Assembly: GCA_965263455.1 (NCBI GenBank)
Contig: CBDHHN010000002.1
Coordinates: 262,938 to 326,937, forward strand
Direction: 5' to 3'
DNA length: 64,000 nucleotides
Source of the DNA: Acidimicrobiales bacterium
GTDB lineage: Bacteria; Actinomycetota; Acidimicrobiia; Acidimicrobiales; SZUA-35
The stretch's first letter is position 1; every line of letters starts with the position of its first letter. A program made the translations under genes and the position numbers. Below the pieces are notes generated by a model, which did not search any database, was not told where the DNA came from, and saw only the letters and a program-made list of their open reading frames with translations. Shown here in pieces: positions 55,988 through 64,000 of this stretch.

Positions 55988-57298
55988 TCATCGGACGGCG
56001 GCGCCGTCGATCACCGCCGGCTCGCCCCCCACCACGGTGTGGCGAACCCGCCCCCGCAACGGTCGCCCCAGGTGGGGGCTGTTGGTGGCGTGGCCGCCGA
56101 AGTCCCCGGAGTCGGGGGTCCAGACCAGGTCGGGGTCGACCACGGTGAGATTGGCCGGGCGGCCCTCGGCCACCGGGCCGCCGTGGCGGTCGTCGACACC
56201 GGCGATGGCGGCCGGCCGCCAGGTCAGGGCGCCAAGGACCTCGTCCAGGTCGAAGCCGGCCGGGCCCAGCAGCACCCCGAGCGCCGTCTCCAACCCCAGC
56301 ACCCCGTGCGGGGCCTGGTCGAAGGGCCGCTCCTTGGCGTCGACGGTGTGGGGGTGGTGATCGGTGGCGACGGCGTCGACGGTCCCGTCCCGGACCGCGG
56401 CCCGGAGGGCCTCGACATCCGGCCGGGGTCGGAGCGGTGGATCGATCCGGTAGCGGGGGTCGAACCCGGCGACGTCGGCATCGGTCAGGCTCAGATGGTG
56501 GGGCGAGACCTCGGCCGTCACCGGGAGCCCGTCGCCCTTGGCCCGGCGGATGCGCTCGACGGCCCCGGCGGTGGTGATCTGCTGGAGGTGGACGGCGGCC
56601 CCGGTCAGTCGGGCCAGGGCCAGGGCCTCGTCGACGGCCAGGCACTCGGCCTCGGCCGGTGCGCCCGGGAGGCCGAGCCGGGCCGACCACTCCCCCTCGT
56701 GCATCACGGCCCCAGCCGCCAGCCGGTGGCGGGGTCGCAGCCCGACCACGGCACGGGCCCCGGCGGCCGACCCGATCGAGGTCAGGTAGTCCAGGGCGTT
56801 GCGGACGACGCGGGGCTCGTCGGCGGCCGGGTCGACGTCGGCGAAGAAGCGGACGCCGGTGTCGATCAGGGCGTGGTGGCGGGCCATGGCGGTGCCGGCC
56901 CGGCCCAGGGTCAACGCGCCCGAGGGCACGACCTCACACAGGGCGGACTTGGCCAGGGCCCGGAGCTCTGCCACCACCGGCGCGTCGTCGGGACAGGGGT
57001 CGGTGTCGGCCGCCGCCACCACCGCGGTGTAGCCCCCGAGCACGGCGGCCCGGGAGCCGGACTCGACCGTCCCGGCGGCCTCGAACCCCGGTTGCCGGAG
57101 GTGCACGTCGAGATCGACGAAACCGGGACAGATCACGGCGCCCGAGGCGTCCAGGGTCCGGTCGGCGGCGACGGCGTGCTCGGTCTCGGAACGGGAGACG
57201 GCAACGATGAGACCGGACTCGTCGTCGACGGCCACGTCGCCTCGATGGCGCCCGCCCCGGTCCAGGATCTCGCCCCCGGTCAGCACGGTCACGGTCAC
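55988..57298 (-). CDS. pyrC: Dihydroorotase.
   Basis: It has amidohydrolase motifs (PGFVDLDVHLRQPG, ...ATDHHPH). The GTG start overlaps the pyrB stop. Confidence 0.9.
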   Translation of the reverse strand: MTVTVLTGGEILDRGGRHRGDVAVDDESGLIVAVSRSETEHAVAADRTLDASGAVICPGFVDLDVHLRQPGFEAAGTVESGSRAAVLGGYTAVVAAADTDPCPDDAPVVAELRALAKSALCEVVPSGALTLGRAGTAMARHHALIDTGVRFFADVDPAADEPRVVRNALDYLTSIGSAAGARAVVGLRPRHRLAAGAVMHEGEWSARLGLPGAPAEAECLAVDEALALARLTGAAVHLQQITTAGAVERIRRAKGDGLPVTAEVSPHHLSLTDADVAGFDPRYRIDPPLRPRPDVEALRAAVRDGTVDAVATDHHPHTVDAKERPFDQAPHGVLGLETALGVLLGPAGFDLDEVLGALTWRPAAIAGVDDRHGGPVAEGRPANLTVVDPDLVWTPDSGDFGGHATNSPHLGRPLRGRVRHTVVGGEPAVIDGAAVR

Positions 57299-58227
57299 GA
57301 CGCCACCTCCTCGGCGAACCGCCCGGCCCCGACCAGCCGGAACAGCACGGCCATGCGGATCGGGACGCCGTTGGCCACCTGGTGGCGGATGACGGCCCGG
57401 TGGTCGTCGGCCGCCTCGGGGTCGATCTCCACCCCTCGGTTCATGGGGCCGGGGTGCATGATCAGGGCGTCGGGCGACAGCCGCTGGAGGCGGGCCGCGG
57501 TCAGGCCGTAGGCGCTCCGGTACTCCCCCACGTCGGGCAGCAGGGGCGAGCCGAGCCGCTCGGCCTGGATGCGGAGCATGTAGGCCACGTCGACGTCGGG
57601 CAGGACGTCATCGAGGTCGGGCGAGACCTTCACCGGCCACCCTCGGAGGTCGGGGGGCAGCAGCGTGTTGGGGGCCACCAGGATCACCTCGGCTCCGAGC
57701 TTGGCGAACGCCTCCACGCAGGACCGGGCCACCCGGGAGTGCCGGATGTCGCCGCAGAGGGCGATGCGCCGACCCTCCAGCGAACCGAGGCGGCTGCGGA
57801 TGGTGTAGGCGTCGAGCAGGGCCTGGGTCGGATGCTGGTGCCAGCCGTCGCCGGCGTTGACCACGGCGGCGTCGGTCCAGGCCGTGATCTGATGTGGGAC
57901 CCCGGAGCTGGCGTGGCGGACCACGATGGCGTCGACCCGCATGGCCGAGATGGTCTCGACCGTGTCCCGCAGCGACTCGCCCTTGTTGAGGGCCGAGCCC
58001 CCGGCGGCGAAGTTGACGACGTCGGCCGACAACCGGCGGGCGGCGAGGTCGAAACTGGTCCGGGTCCGGGTCGAGTCCTCGAAGAAGGCGAGGACCACGG
58101 TCTTGCCCCGGAGGGCCGGGACCTTGGGAATGTCTCGCTCCAGCACCTCCGAGAAGTTGTCCGCCAACTCGAGCATCCGATGCAGGTCCTCGGCACTCGT
58201 TTCGTTGATCGACAGGAGATGCTTCAC
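57295..58227 (-). CDS. pyrB: Aspartate carbamoyltransferase catalytic subunit.
   Basis: The sequence has FFEDSTRTRTSF...HPTQALLD...HPGPMNRGVEI. The GTG start overlaps the pyrR stop (GTGA). Confidence 0.95.
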   Translation of the reverse strand: MKHLLSINETSAEDLHRMLELADNFSEVLERDIPKVPALRGKTVVLAFFEDSTRTRTSFDLAARRLSADVVNFAAGGSALNKGESLRDTVETISAMRVDAIVVRHASSGVPHQITAWTDAAVVNAGDGWHQHPTQALLDAYTIRSRLGSLEGRRIALCGDIRHSRVARSCVEAFAKLGAEVILVAPNTLLPPDLRGWPVKVSPDLDDVLPDVDVAYMLRIQAERLGSPLLPDVGEYRSAYGLTAARLQRLSPDALIMHPGPMNRGVEIDPEAADDHRAVIRHQVANGVPIRMAVLFRLVGAGRFAEEVAS

Positions 58228-58835
58228 TCGACGTCGCCTCCGGGGTAGGGGCCTCCGGGTAGGCCCGGGTGTTTGGTCACCTCGCCCAACTCCACCTTCT
58301 CGACGGTGGCGTTGACCGCCTCGTCCCGACGGGTGGGCAGATTCTTGCCCACGAAGTCGGGGCGGATGGGCAGCTCCCGGTGCCCCCGGTCGACCATGAC
58401 CGCCAGCTGAATCGACCGGGGCCGGCCCCGGTCGATGATGGCGTCGAGCGCGGCTCTGATGGTCCGACCGGTGAAGAGGACGTCGTCGACCAGGACCACG
58501 GTCCTGCGGTTGATGTCGAAGTTGATCTCGGTGACCGCCTCAGGCAGTACCGGACGCAGGTTGATGTCGTCGCGGTAGAACGCCACGTCGAGTTTGCCCA
58601 CCGGGACCTCGACGTCCTCGATCTGGAGCAGGGCCGCGGCGAGGGCACCGGCAAAGGGCACACCGCCGGTCTGCAGGCCGACGATGACCACGTCGTCCAG
58701 GCCCGAGTTCCGCTCGATCACCTCATGGGCCATGCGGCGAACGGCCCGGTCGACATCGGCCCGGTCGAGCACGGTGTTGCGGGCGGTGAAAACGCCTCCG
58801 AACGGGGGCGTGCGTCTACGCTCGCGTTCGGCCAA
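58224..58835 (-). CDS. pyrR: Bifunctional pyrimidine operon regulator / uracil phosphoribosyltransferase PyrR.
   Basis: It has a PRTase motif (VVLVDDVLFTGRT) and ends QLAVMVDRGHRELPIRPDFVGKN. The ORF track starts at 58862. I prefer the TTG at 58835 because GAGGAG lies 5 nt upstream and the candidate PyrR-binding hairpin covers 58849-58877. Confidence 0.88.
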   Translation of the reverse strand: MAERERRRTPPFGGVFTARNTVLDRADVDRAVRRMAHEVIERNSGLDDVVIVGLQTGGVPFAGALAAALLQIEDVEVPVGKLDVAFYRDDINLRPVLPEAVTEINFDINRRTVVLVDDVLFTGRTIRAALDAIIDRGRPRSIQLAVMVDRGHRELPIRPDFVGKNLPTRRDEAVNATVEKVELGEVTKHPGLPGGPYPGGDVE

Positions 58836-58848
58836 GGCAACTCCTCTT

Positions 58849-58877
58849 CCGTACGGCCTCACGGGACCGCTTCACGG
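58849..58877 (-). promoter_or_regulatory. Candidate PyrR-binding RNA hairpin in the pyr leader.
   Basis: The minus-strand RNA CCGU-GAAGC-GGUC-CCGUGA-GGCC-GU-ACGG forms a two-step stem with an internal loop. GUCCCGUGAGGCC resembles the conserved PyrR site UCCAGAGAGGCU. It lies directly upstream of GGAAGAGGAG and the start codon. Confidence 0.45.
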
Positions 58878-58935
58878 ACTTCGATCGATGCTAGCGAGTG
58901 GTCGGGCCCTTGTGGCGGTTCTCGGCCCGAGCGGG

Positions 58936-59796
58936 TCAGGATCCGCCGAAGCTGGGGTCCCGTTTGTCGACGAAGGCGGCCGCCGCCTCCTTGTGATCGT
59001 CGGTGCTCATGGTGCGGGCCATGGCCGGGGCCTCGGCGTCGAGAGCGGTGGCCAGATCGACATTGATGGCCCGGTTGATGTTCTCCTTGGCGTAGCGGAG
59101 GGCGATGGGAGCCCGCTGGGCCAGCTCCCGGCAGTAGCCCAACGCCGCCTCCTCGAACCCGTCGTCGGCGAAGACCTCGTTGACCAGCCCCAGCTCCTTG
59201 GCCTCGGCCGCCGACAGCCGAGGCGAGCGGAAGTACAGCTCCTTGGCCTTGGCCGCCCCCAGGAGACGGGTCAGGAACCAACTGCCGCCGAAGTCGCCGG
59301 ATGCCCCGATGCTGGTGAAGGCGGTGACGACGATGGCCCGCTCGGCCGCCACCCGAAGGTCGGCGGCCAGCGCGATCGACATCCCGGCCCCGGCTGCGGC
59401 CCCGGGGAGGGCGGCCACCACCGGCTGAGGCAGCTGGTGCAGGGCCAGCGACAGCTCCCGCTGACGGCGGCGTAGGTCGGCCACCCGCTCCTCGAGCGGA
59501 AGCGAGCGGGCCCTGCCTTCGTTGCGGGCATTCATGCCCTTCACGTCACCGCCGGCGCAGAAGGCGCCGCCGGTGCCGGTGACCATGAGCACCCGCACGT
59601 CCGGGTCGGCGGCCACCGCCGGCAGGGCCGTGGCGAACCCCTCGTAGGTCTCGGGGTGCAGGGCGTTGCGGGCCTCGGGCCGGTTGAAGGTCAGCACGGC
59701 CACGTGACCGTCGATACGGCCCAGCAGCAGATCGGTCCCGGTTTCCAGCTCTCGCGTCGTCATGCCGTCATCGTGACACGGGTCGCCCCCGGTCAT
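58936..59796 (-). CDS. Enoyl-CoA hydratase/isomerase (crotonase) family protein.
   Basis: It has a crotonase fold with NRPEARNAL...FCAGGDV...G(A/G)G oxyanion-hole-type segments. Confidence 0.85.
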   Translation of the reverse strand: MTGGDPCHDDGMTTRELETGTDLLLGRIDGHVAVLTFNRPEARNALHPETYEGFATALPAVAADPDVRVLMVTGTGGAFCAGGDVKGMNARNEGRARSLPLEERVADLRRRQRELSLALHQLPQPVVAALPGAAAGAGMSIALAADLRVAAERAIVVTAFTSIGASGDFGGSWFLTRLLGAAKAKELYFRSPRLSAAEAKELGLVNEVFADDGFEEAALGYCRELAQRAPIALRYAKENINRAINVDLATALDAEAPAMARTMSTDDHKEAAAAFVDKRDPSFGGS

Positions 59797-59809
59797 CCAA
59801 CGTCGGGCG

Positions 59810-61003
59810 TCAGGGGGCGGGGCGGACGGCGGCCAGGACGTGCTCGGGGGCCGGAATCGGCTCCGGGTTTCGGCCGAGGACGGTCACCGTGTAGCCCAGG
59901 GCCGGCGGCGGACCGGAGTCCAGGATCCCGGTTCCGGCGGCCTCGGCCACCACGGGGGCCGGTTCCAGGGGCCCGAGCCCGGAGATCGACACGAAGTAGG
60001 ACGTGTCGCGCTCGGGGTCGCCGTCGAGGCCGAGGTCCGGTTCCCACACGAAGGTCGGCAGGGGCACGTGCCCCGGGGCCCCGCTCCGGTTCACCACGGT
60101 CAGCTCGACCGGTCGGGCCCGCTCCCCCGGCACCAGTTCCCACATCGAGACCTGGGCCCGGCTGAAATCGACGTCGGCCATGGTCACCGACCAGCGGGGG
60201 TACACCAACTCGCCGGGCACGTAGCCTCGGGGCGGCCAGGCCACGAACCGGTGCTGCTCGCGGACCTCGGGCCGCAGGGTGGCCGCCGTCTCGTCGAAGA
60301 CGTGTTCGTCGAACACCCACAGGGCGTTGGCCGCGTGCCCGTCGTCGCTGGCGGCCACGTCACCCACGCCCATGGCCCGGGTCGGCGGGTGGAGGATGGT
60401 GTTCCGATGACCTACGTCGGTGTTGTGGTCTCCCGGATCCTCGATGTACCCGTCGATGGCGACCGGTCCCGTCCGTCCCAGGTACAGGTTGCTGTTCCCG
60501 GCCGCCTCCTGGCCCACGTCGGTGAAGCAGGCGTAGGAGGGCGCCGGGTGATGGGTCAGAGCCCCCTCGGCGCTCATCATGAGGGCCGCCTCCTGGGCCT
60601 TGGCCGACAGGGCGGGGTCCTCGGTGACCACGGCGGGCACCCCGGCCATGGCCCGGTAGTAGTTGACCCGGTCGAGGGTGGCCTTCCGGTAGGCGGTCGG
60701 CGAGGTGCCCTCGACGCAGGCATCGATCTCGCCGGCCCAGGCCAGCACCGGGGGCACGGACTGGTACTCGGTGGCGTGGGCGGCCAGGACGGTGGCCCGA
60801 TCGGTGGTGTCGATCCACGAGTGACCGGGCACGAAGGCATGGTGGAGCGACGGCAAGGGCGTCGGCGCCGCCACCGCACCGACGGTGGACGACTGGACGA
60901 CCGAGCCTGCACCCGTGGTGAACGACGTGACGAAGAGGGCGGCCACCGCCACCACCAACAGCACGAACCCAACCTCGGCCCAGTGCCGGAGCGAGCGAAG
61001 CAC
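59810..61003 (-). CDS. Membrane-anchored CAP (SCP/PR-1-like) domain protein with an uncharacterised C-terminal region of about 170 aa.
   Basis: It has an N-terminal TM segment (VGFVLLVVAVAALFV). The CAP-like core reads LDRVNYYRAMAGVPAVVTEDPALSAKAQEAALMMSAEGALTH...GHRNTILHP. Confidence 0.65.
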   Translation of the reverse strand: MLRSLRHWAEVGFVLLVVAVAALFVTSFTTGAGSVVQSSTVGAVAAPTPLPSLHHAFVPGHSWIDTTDRATVLAAHATEYQSVPPVLAWAGEIDACVEGTSPTAYRKATLDRVNYYRAMAGVPAVVTEDPALSAKAQEAALMMSAEGALTHHPAPSYACFTDVGQEAAGNSNLYLGRTGPVAIDGYIEDPGDHNTDVGHRNTILHPPTRAMGVGDVAASDDGHAANALWVFDEHVFDETAATLRPEVREQHRFVAWPPRGYVPGELVYPRWSVTMADVDFSRAQVSMWELVPGERARPVELTVVNRSGAPGHVPLPTFVWEPDLGLDGDPERDTSYFVSISGLGPLEPAPVVAEAAGTGILDSGPPPALGYTVTVLGRNPEPIPAPEHVLAAVRPAP

Positions 61004-61061
61004 CGACCTCCATCGGCGCCGACGGCCCGGACTTGACCGGCGACGGGCGAGGTCGAATCAC

Positions 61062-61481
61062 TCAGGCCTGCGAACGCTCCAGGTCGCGGGCCACGGCGGC
61101 CAGGACGCCGTTCACGAACCGGCCCGACTCGTCGGTCGAGTATCGGGAGGCCAACTCGACCGCCTCGGCCAGCACGACCCCGGTCGGGGTGTCGAGGGCC
61201 ACCAACTCCGCCACCGCCAGCCGCATGATCAGCAGATCGAGGGCCGGCATCCGCTCCAACCGCCAGGTCGACCGGGCCCCGATCAGCTCGTCGGCCCGGG
61301 CCCGATGCTCCTCGGCCGCCTCCAGCAGGCGCATGGTGAAGGCGTCGGGACCGATCGGCAGCCCGGCCACGACCTGGGCCACGCTCTGTTGACGGAGTTC
61401 GGCCTCGTAGGCCAACTCGACCGCCCGTTCCCGGGCCTCCCGTCGGCTACGGCCGTCGGGAGCTGCGGGGCCGGGGCTCAC
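61062..61481 (-). CDS. nusB: Transcription antitermination factor NusB.
   Basis: The sequence has RREARERAVELAYE...LDLLIMRLAVAEL...VVLAEAVELASRYSTDESGRFVNGVL and lies downstream of efp. Confidence 0.92.
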   Translation of the reverse strand: MSPGPAAPDGRSRREARERAVELAYEAELRQQSVAQVVAGLPIGPDAFTMRLLEAAEEHRARADELIGARSTWRLERMPALDLLIMRLAVAELVALDTPTGVVLAEAVELASRYSTDESGRFVNGVLAAVARDLERSQA

Positions 61482-62038
61482 GCCCTCGTCAGGTACTCGC
61501 CGGTGCGGGTGTCGACCTTGACCCGACCGCCGGGCTCGACGAACAGGGGCACCTGGATGACCAGTCCGGTCTCCAGCGTGGCCGGCTTGCGGGCCCCGGA
61601 GACCCGGTCGCCCTGGACCCCGGGCTCGGTCTCGACCACCTCCAACTCGACCGAGGCCGGCATGTCGGTGCCCACGATCTCATCGCCGAACATGAGCAGG
61701 ACAACGCTGGACCCATCGGTCAGGTAGTTGCCGGCGTCGCCCATCACGGCGGTGGGCACCGTCTGCTGGTCGAAGGTCTCGTTGTCCATGACGACGAAGT
61801 CCTCGCCGTCGCGGTAGAGGAACTGCTGCTCCCGCTTCTCGATGAAGGCGCGCTCCATCTTCTCGCCGGCCCGGAAGGTGCGGTCGACCACGGCCCCGGT
61901 CCGCATGTTCCTCAGGGTGGACCGGACGAAGGCACCGCCCTTGCCCGGCTTCACGTGCTGGAAGTCCACGATCTGGAACAGGCCGTCGGACAGCTCGATG
62001 CTCATGCCGTTCTTGAAATCGCTGGTGTCAATGGCCAT
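61478..62038 (-). CDS. efp: Elongation factor P.
   Basis: From the ATG at 62038 the sequence reads MAIDTSDFKNGMSIELSDGLFQIVDFQHVKPGKGGAFVRSTLRNMRTG.... Confidence 0.96.
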   Translation of the reverse strand: MAIDTSDFKNGMSIELSDGLFQIVDFQHVKPGKGGAFVRSTLRNMRTGAVVDRTFRAGEKMERAFIEKREQQFLYRDGEDFVVMDNETFDQQTVPTAVMGDAGNYLTDGSSVVLLMFGDEIVGTDMPASVELEVVETEPGVQGDRVSGARKPATLETGLVIQVPLFVEPGGRVKVDTRTGEYLTRA

Positions 62039-62064
62039 GGCTCGCTCGCTCGCTCGGGGACGGT

Positions 62065-63228
62065 TCAGGGGATGAGGGTCTTGGGGCTGGCGGTGAGAGC
62101 GGTGCACCCATCGGGCCCGACGACGACCGAGTCCTCGATGCGGACCCCGCCCCGGCCGGGCAGGTACACGCCGGGTTCGACCGTCACCACCTGACCCCGA
62201 CGGAGGATACCGTCGCTCCGGGCCGACAGGAATGGGTCCTCGTGGATCTGGAGTCCGATGCCGTGGCCGGTGCCGTGGATGAAGGCCTCGGCCAGACCGT
62301 GTCCGGCCAGGGTTTCCCGGCAGACCGAGTCGACCGCCCGTAGCTCGACGCCGTCGGCCACCGCCGCCACGCCGGCGGCCTGGGCCTCCATAACGGCGTC
62401 GTACCAGCGCTGCTGCTCGTCGGTGGGTTCACCCCCGGCCACGAAGGTCCGGGTCATGTCGCTGCCGTAGCCGTCGAGCCGGGCTCCGACGTCGATGATG
62501 ATGAGGTCGCCGGGTTCGATCACCCGGTCGGTCGGGCGGGCATGGGGCAGGGCGGCGTTGGGACCGGAGGCCACGATGGTCTCGTAGCTTGGGGCGTCGG
62601 CCCCGGCATCGACCATGTGCCGGTCGAGGGCGAGGGCCACCTGGCGTTCGGTCGGTCGCCGATCGAGCGTGGGGGCGACGGCGCCCAGGGCGGCGTCGGC
62701 CAGAGCGGCGGCCCGGCGGAGCCGGTCGATCTCACCCTCGTCCTTGCGTTCCCGCAATCCCTCGATCAGGCCCCGGGTGGCCACGACCTCGACCTCGGCC
62801 TCGACCTCGGCCCCGGCCCGGGCCGAGGTCGGTGTGTCGGCCTCCAGCCATCCGAGGAGTTCGCCGTGGGCGGACACGGTCAGGTGATCGGCCTCGATCC
62901 CGAACCGGGCACCGGACCCGAGCCCGGACCGCACCACCTCGTCCACCGCCGTGACGGTGATCTCGACCCGGGCTTCGACGCCGGCCCGGGCCAGCTGGTC
63001 GGCGATCTGGATCTCGTAGCGGCCGTCGGTCACGGCCACCAGTTCATCGGCGGTGACCAGGATCCGGCCGTTGGACCCGGTGAAGCCGGTCAGCCAGCGG
63101 ATGTTGAGGGGGTTGGTGACCCACAGGGCGTCGAGCCCGACCCGGGCCAACTCCTCCCGGACCGCCGGCAGCCGGGGGCCGAGGTCGAGGGGAGCCGGGG
63201 GCGCCGCCGACGGTTGCGGGGCCGTCAT
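62065..63228 (-). CDS. M24 family Xaa-Pro aminopeptidase/dipeptidase.
   Basis: The ATG at 63228 overlaps the aroB stop (ATGA). Pita-bread metal ligands are present (DVGARLDGYGSDMTRT, HGTGHGIG, VEPG, IED). Confidence 0.88.
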   Translation of the reverse strand: MTAPQPSAAPPAPLDLGPRLPAVREELARVGLDALWVTNPLNIRWLTGFTGSNGRILVTADELVAVTDGRYEIQIADQLARAGVEARVEITVTAVDEVVRSGLGSGARFGIEADHLTVSAHGELLGWLEADTPTSARAGAEVEAEVEVVATRGLIEGLRERKDEGEIDRLRRAAALADAALGAVAPTLDRRPTERQVALALDRHMVDAGADAPSYETIVASGPNAALPHARPTDRVIEPGDLIIIDVGARLDGYGSDMTRTFVAGGEPTDEQQRWYDAVMEAQAAGVAAVADGVELRAVDSVCRETLAGHGLAEAFIHGTGHGIGLQIHEDPFLSARSDGILRRGQVVTVEPGVYLPGRGGVRIEDSVVVGPDGCTALTASPKTLIP

Positions 63229-64000
63229 CGGACCGTCTCCAGCGTGGTCCGCAGGAGGTCCCGGTCCTCGACCCGGACCGCTTCGACTCCTCGGGGTCCG
63301 TCGAGGACGAACGTGATGCCGTCGATGGCCTTCTTGTCCCGGGCGAAGCCGTCGACCAGCTCCTCGGGATCCAGTCCGGTCGGGACCGTGGCCTCCAGGC
63401 CGTAGGCCGCCACGACCCGCCGGTGCTCGTCGACCCGATCCGGGTCGATCCGACCGAGGGCGGCGGCCAGTTCGGCGGCGTAGACGAGGCCGATGGCGAC
63501 CGCCTCGCCATGACGCACCCGGAATCCGGAGGCGGCCTCGATCGAGTGGCCCAGGGTGTGGCCGTAGTTGAGGATGGCCCGACGTCCACCCTCGGTCTCG
63601 TCCTCGGCCACGACGTCGGCCTTGATCCGGACGCAGGCCGCCACCCGTTCGGTGAGCGGCAGGCGATCGAGCGCGGTGCCCCCGGCGCCGCCGTGGCCGG
63701 GGCCGTCGTGGTCTGGACCCGAGGTGAGGAAGTGGTACTTGGCCAGCTCCCCCAACCCGGCGCCGAACTCGGCGGCCGGGAGGGTGGCCAGGGTGGCGGT
63801 GTCGCACACGACGGCAGACGGCTGCTTGAACGCCCCCACCAGGTTCTTGCCTTCGGGCAGGTTGACCCCGCACTTCCCGCCGATGGCGGCGTCGATCTGG
63901 CCCAGCAGTGAGGTCGAGACGTGGACCACGGGCACACCCCGGTGGTAGGTGGCGGCCACGAACCCGGCCAGGTCGGTGACCACCCCGCCCCCGACCCCGA
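63225..64000 (-). CDS. aroB: 3-dehydroquinate synthase; the 5' end runs off the right edge of the window.
   Basis: The sequence has GGGVVTDLAGFVAATYHRGVPVVHVSTSLLGQIDAAIGGKCGVN...NYGHTLGHSIE...HGEAVAIG. The frame is still open at base 64000. Confidence 0.9.
   Translation of the reverse strand, partial: GVGGGVVTDLAGFVAATYHRGVPVVHVSTSLLGQIDAAIGGKCGVNLPEGKNLVGAFKQPSAVVCDTATLATLPAAEFGAGLGELAKYHFLTSGPDHDGPGHGGAGGTALDRLPLTERVAACVRIKADVVAEDETEGGRRAILNYGHTLGHSIEAASGFRVRHGEAVAIGLVYAAELAAALGRIDPDRVDEHRRVVAAYGLEATVPTGLDPEELVDGFARDKKAIDGITFVLDGPRGVEAVRVEDRDLLRTTLETVR

Overview
This is a visibly GC-rich (third codon positions almost all G/C), actinobacterial-type chromosomal core segment. About 50 of the roughly 58 genes lie on the minus strand.

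Reading right to left on the minus strand, the gene order is:
- aroB(partial)-M24 peptidase-efp-nusB, then a CAP-domain protein and an enoyl-CoA hydratase.
- The pyrimidine operon pyrR-pyrB-pyrC-carA-carB-pyrD-pyrF.
- mihF-gmk-rpoZ-coaBC-metK-priA.
- def-fmt-rsmB, then serC-DUF1015-mog.
- ribD-ribE-ribBA, a CSD-like small protein, and a frameshifted GGDEF-EAL gene.
- infC-rpmI-rplT-TrmH-pheS-pheT, then pepF and a DUF4349-like lipoprotein.
- The arginine operon argCJBDFRGH, then mpg, a NUDIX hydrolase and tyrS.
- One 16S-23S-5S rRNA operon with an intrinsic terminator, and a partial Arg/Gly-rich repeat gene at the left edge.

The few plus-strand genes are a membrane protein + SDR pair, a hotdog protein + udk pair, a DUF1844 protein, and two RNA methyltransferases.

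I found no transposase, integrase, CRISPR array, toxin-antitoxin or defence-like genes, and no intergenic gap larger than about 230 nt outside the rRNA leader. I therefore do not see an undescribed multi-gene system here; the order matches well-known actinobacterial housekeeping synteny.

The points worth a second look are local:
- A 42-bp tandem repeat array with one compensated and one uncompensated frame change.
- A 1-nt frame break in a degenerate GGDEF-EAL gene.
- Two essential genes with no canonical start codon: infC (AUA) and gmk (CUG overlapping the mihF stop).
- Candidate ArgR and PyrR operators.
- A perfect 20-bp palindrome at the argR stop codon.
- A 13-bp perfect hairpin between infC and rpmI.

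All calls come from hand translation and motif recognition only. RNA ends are accurate to about +/-15 nt, and several CDS starts are inferred.
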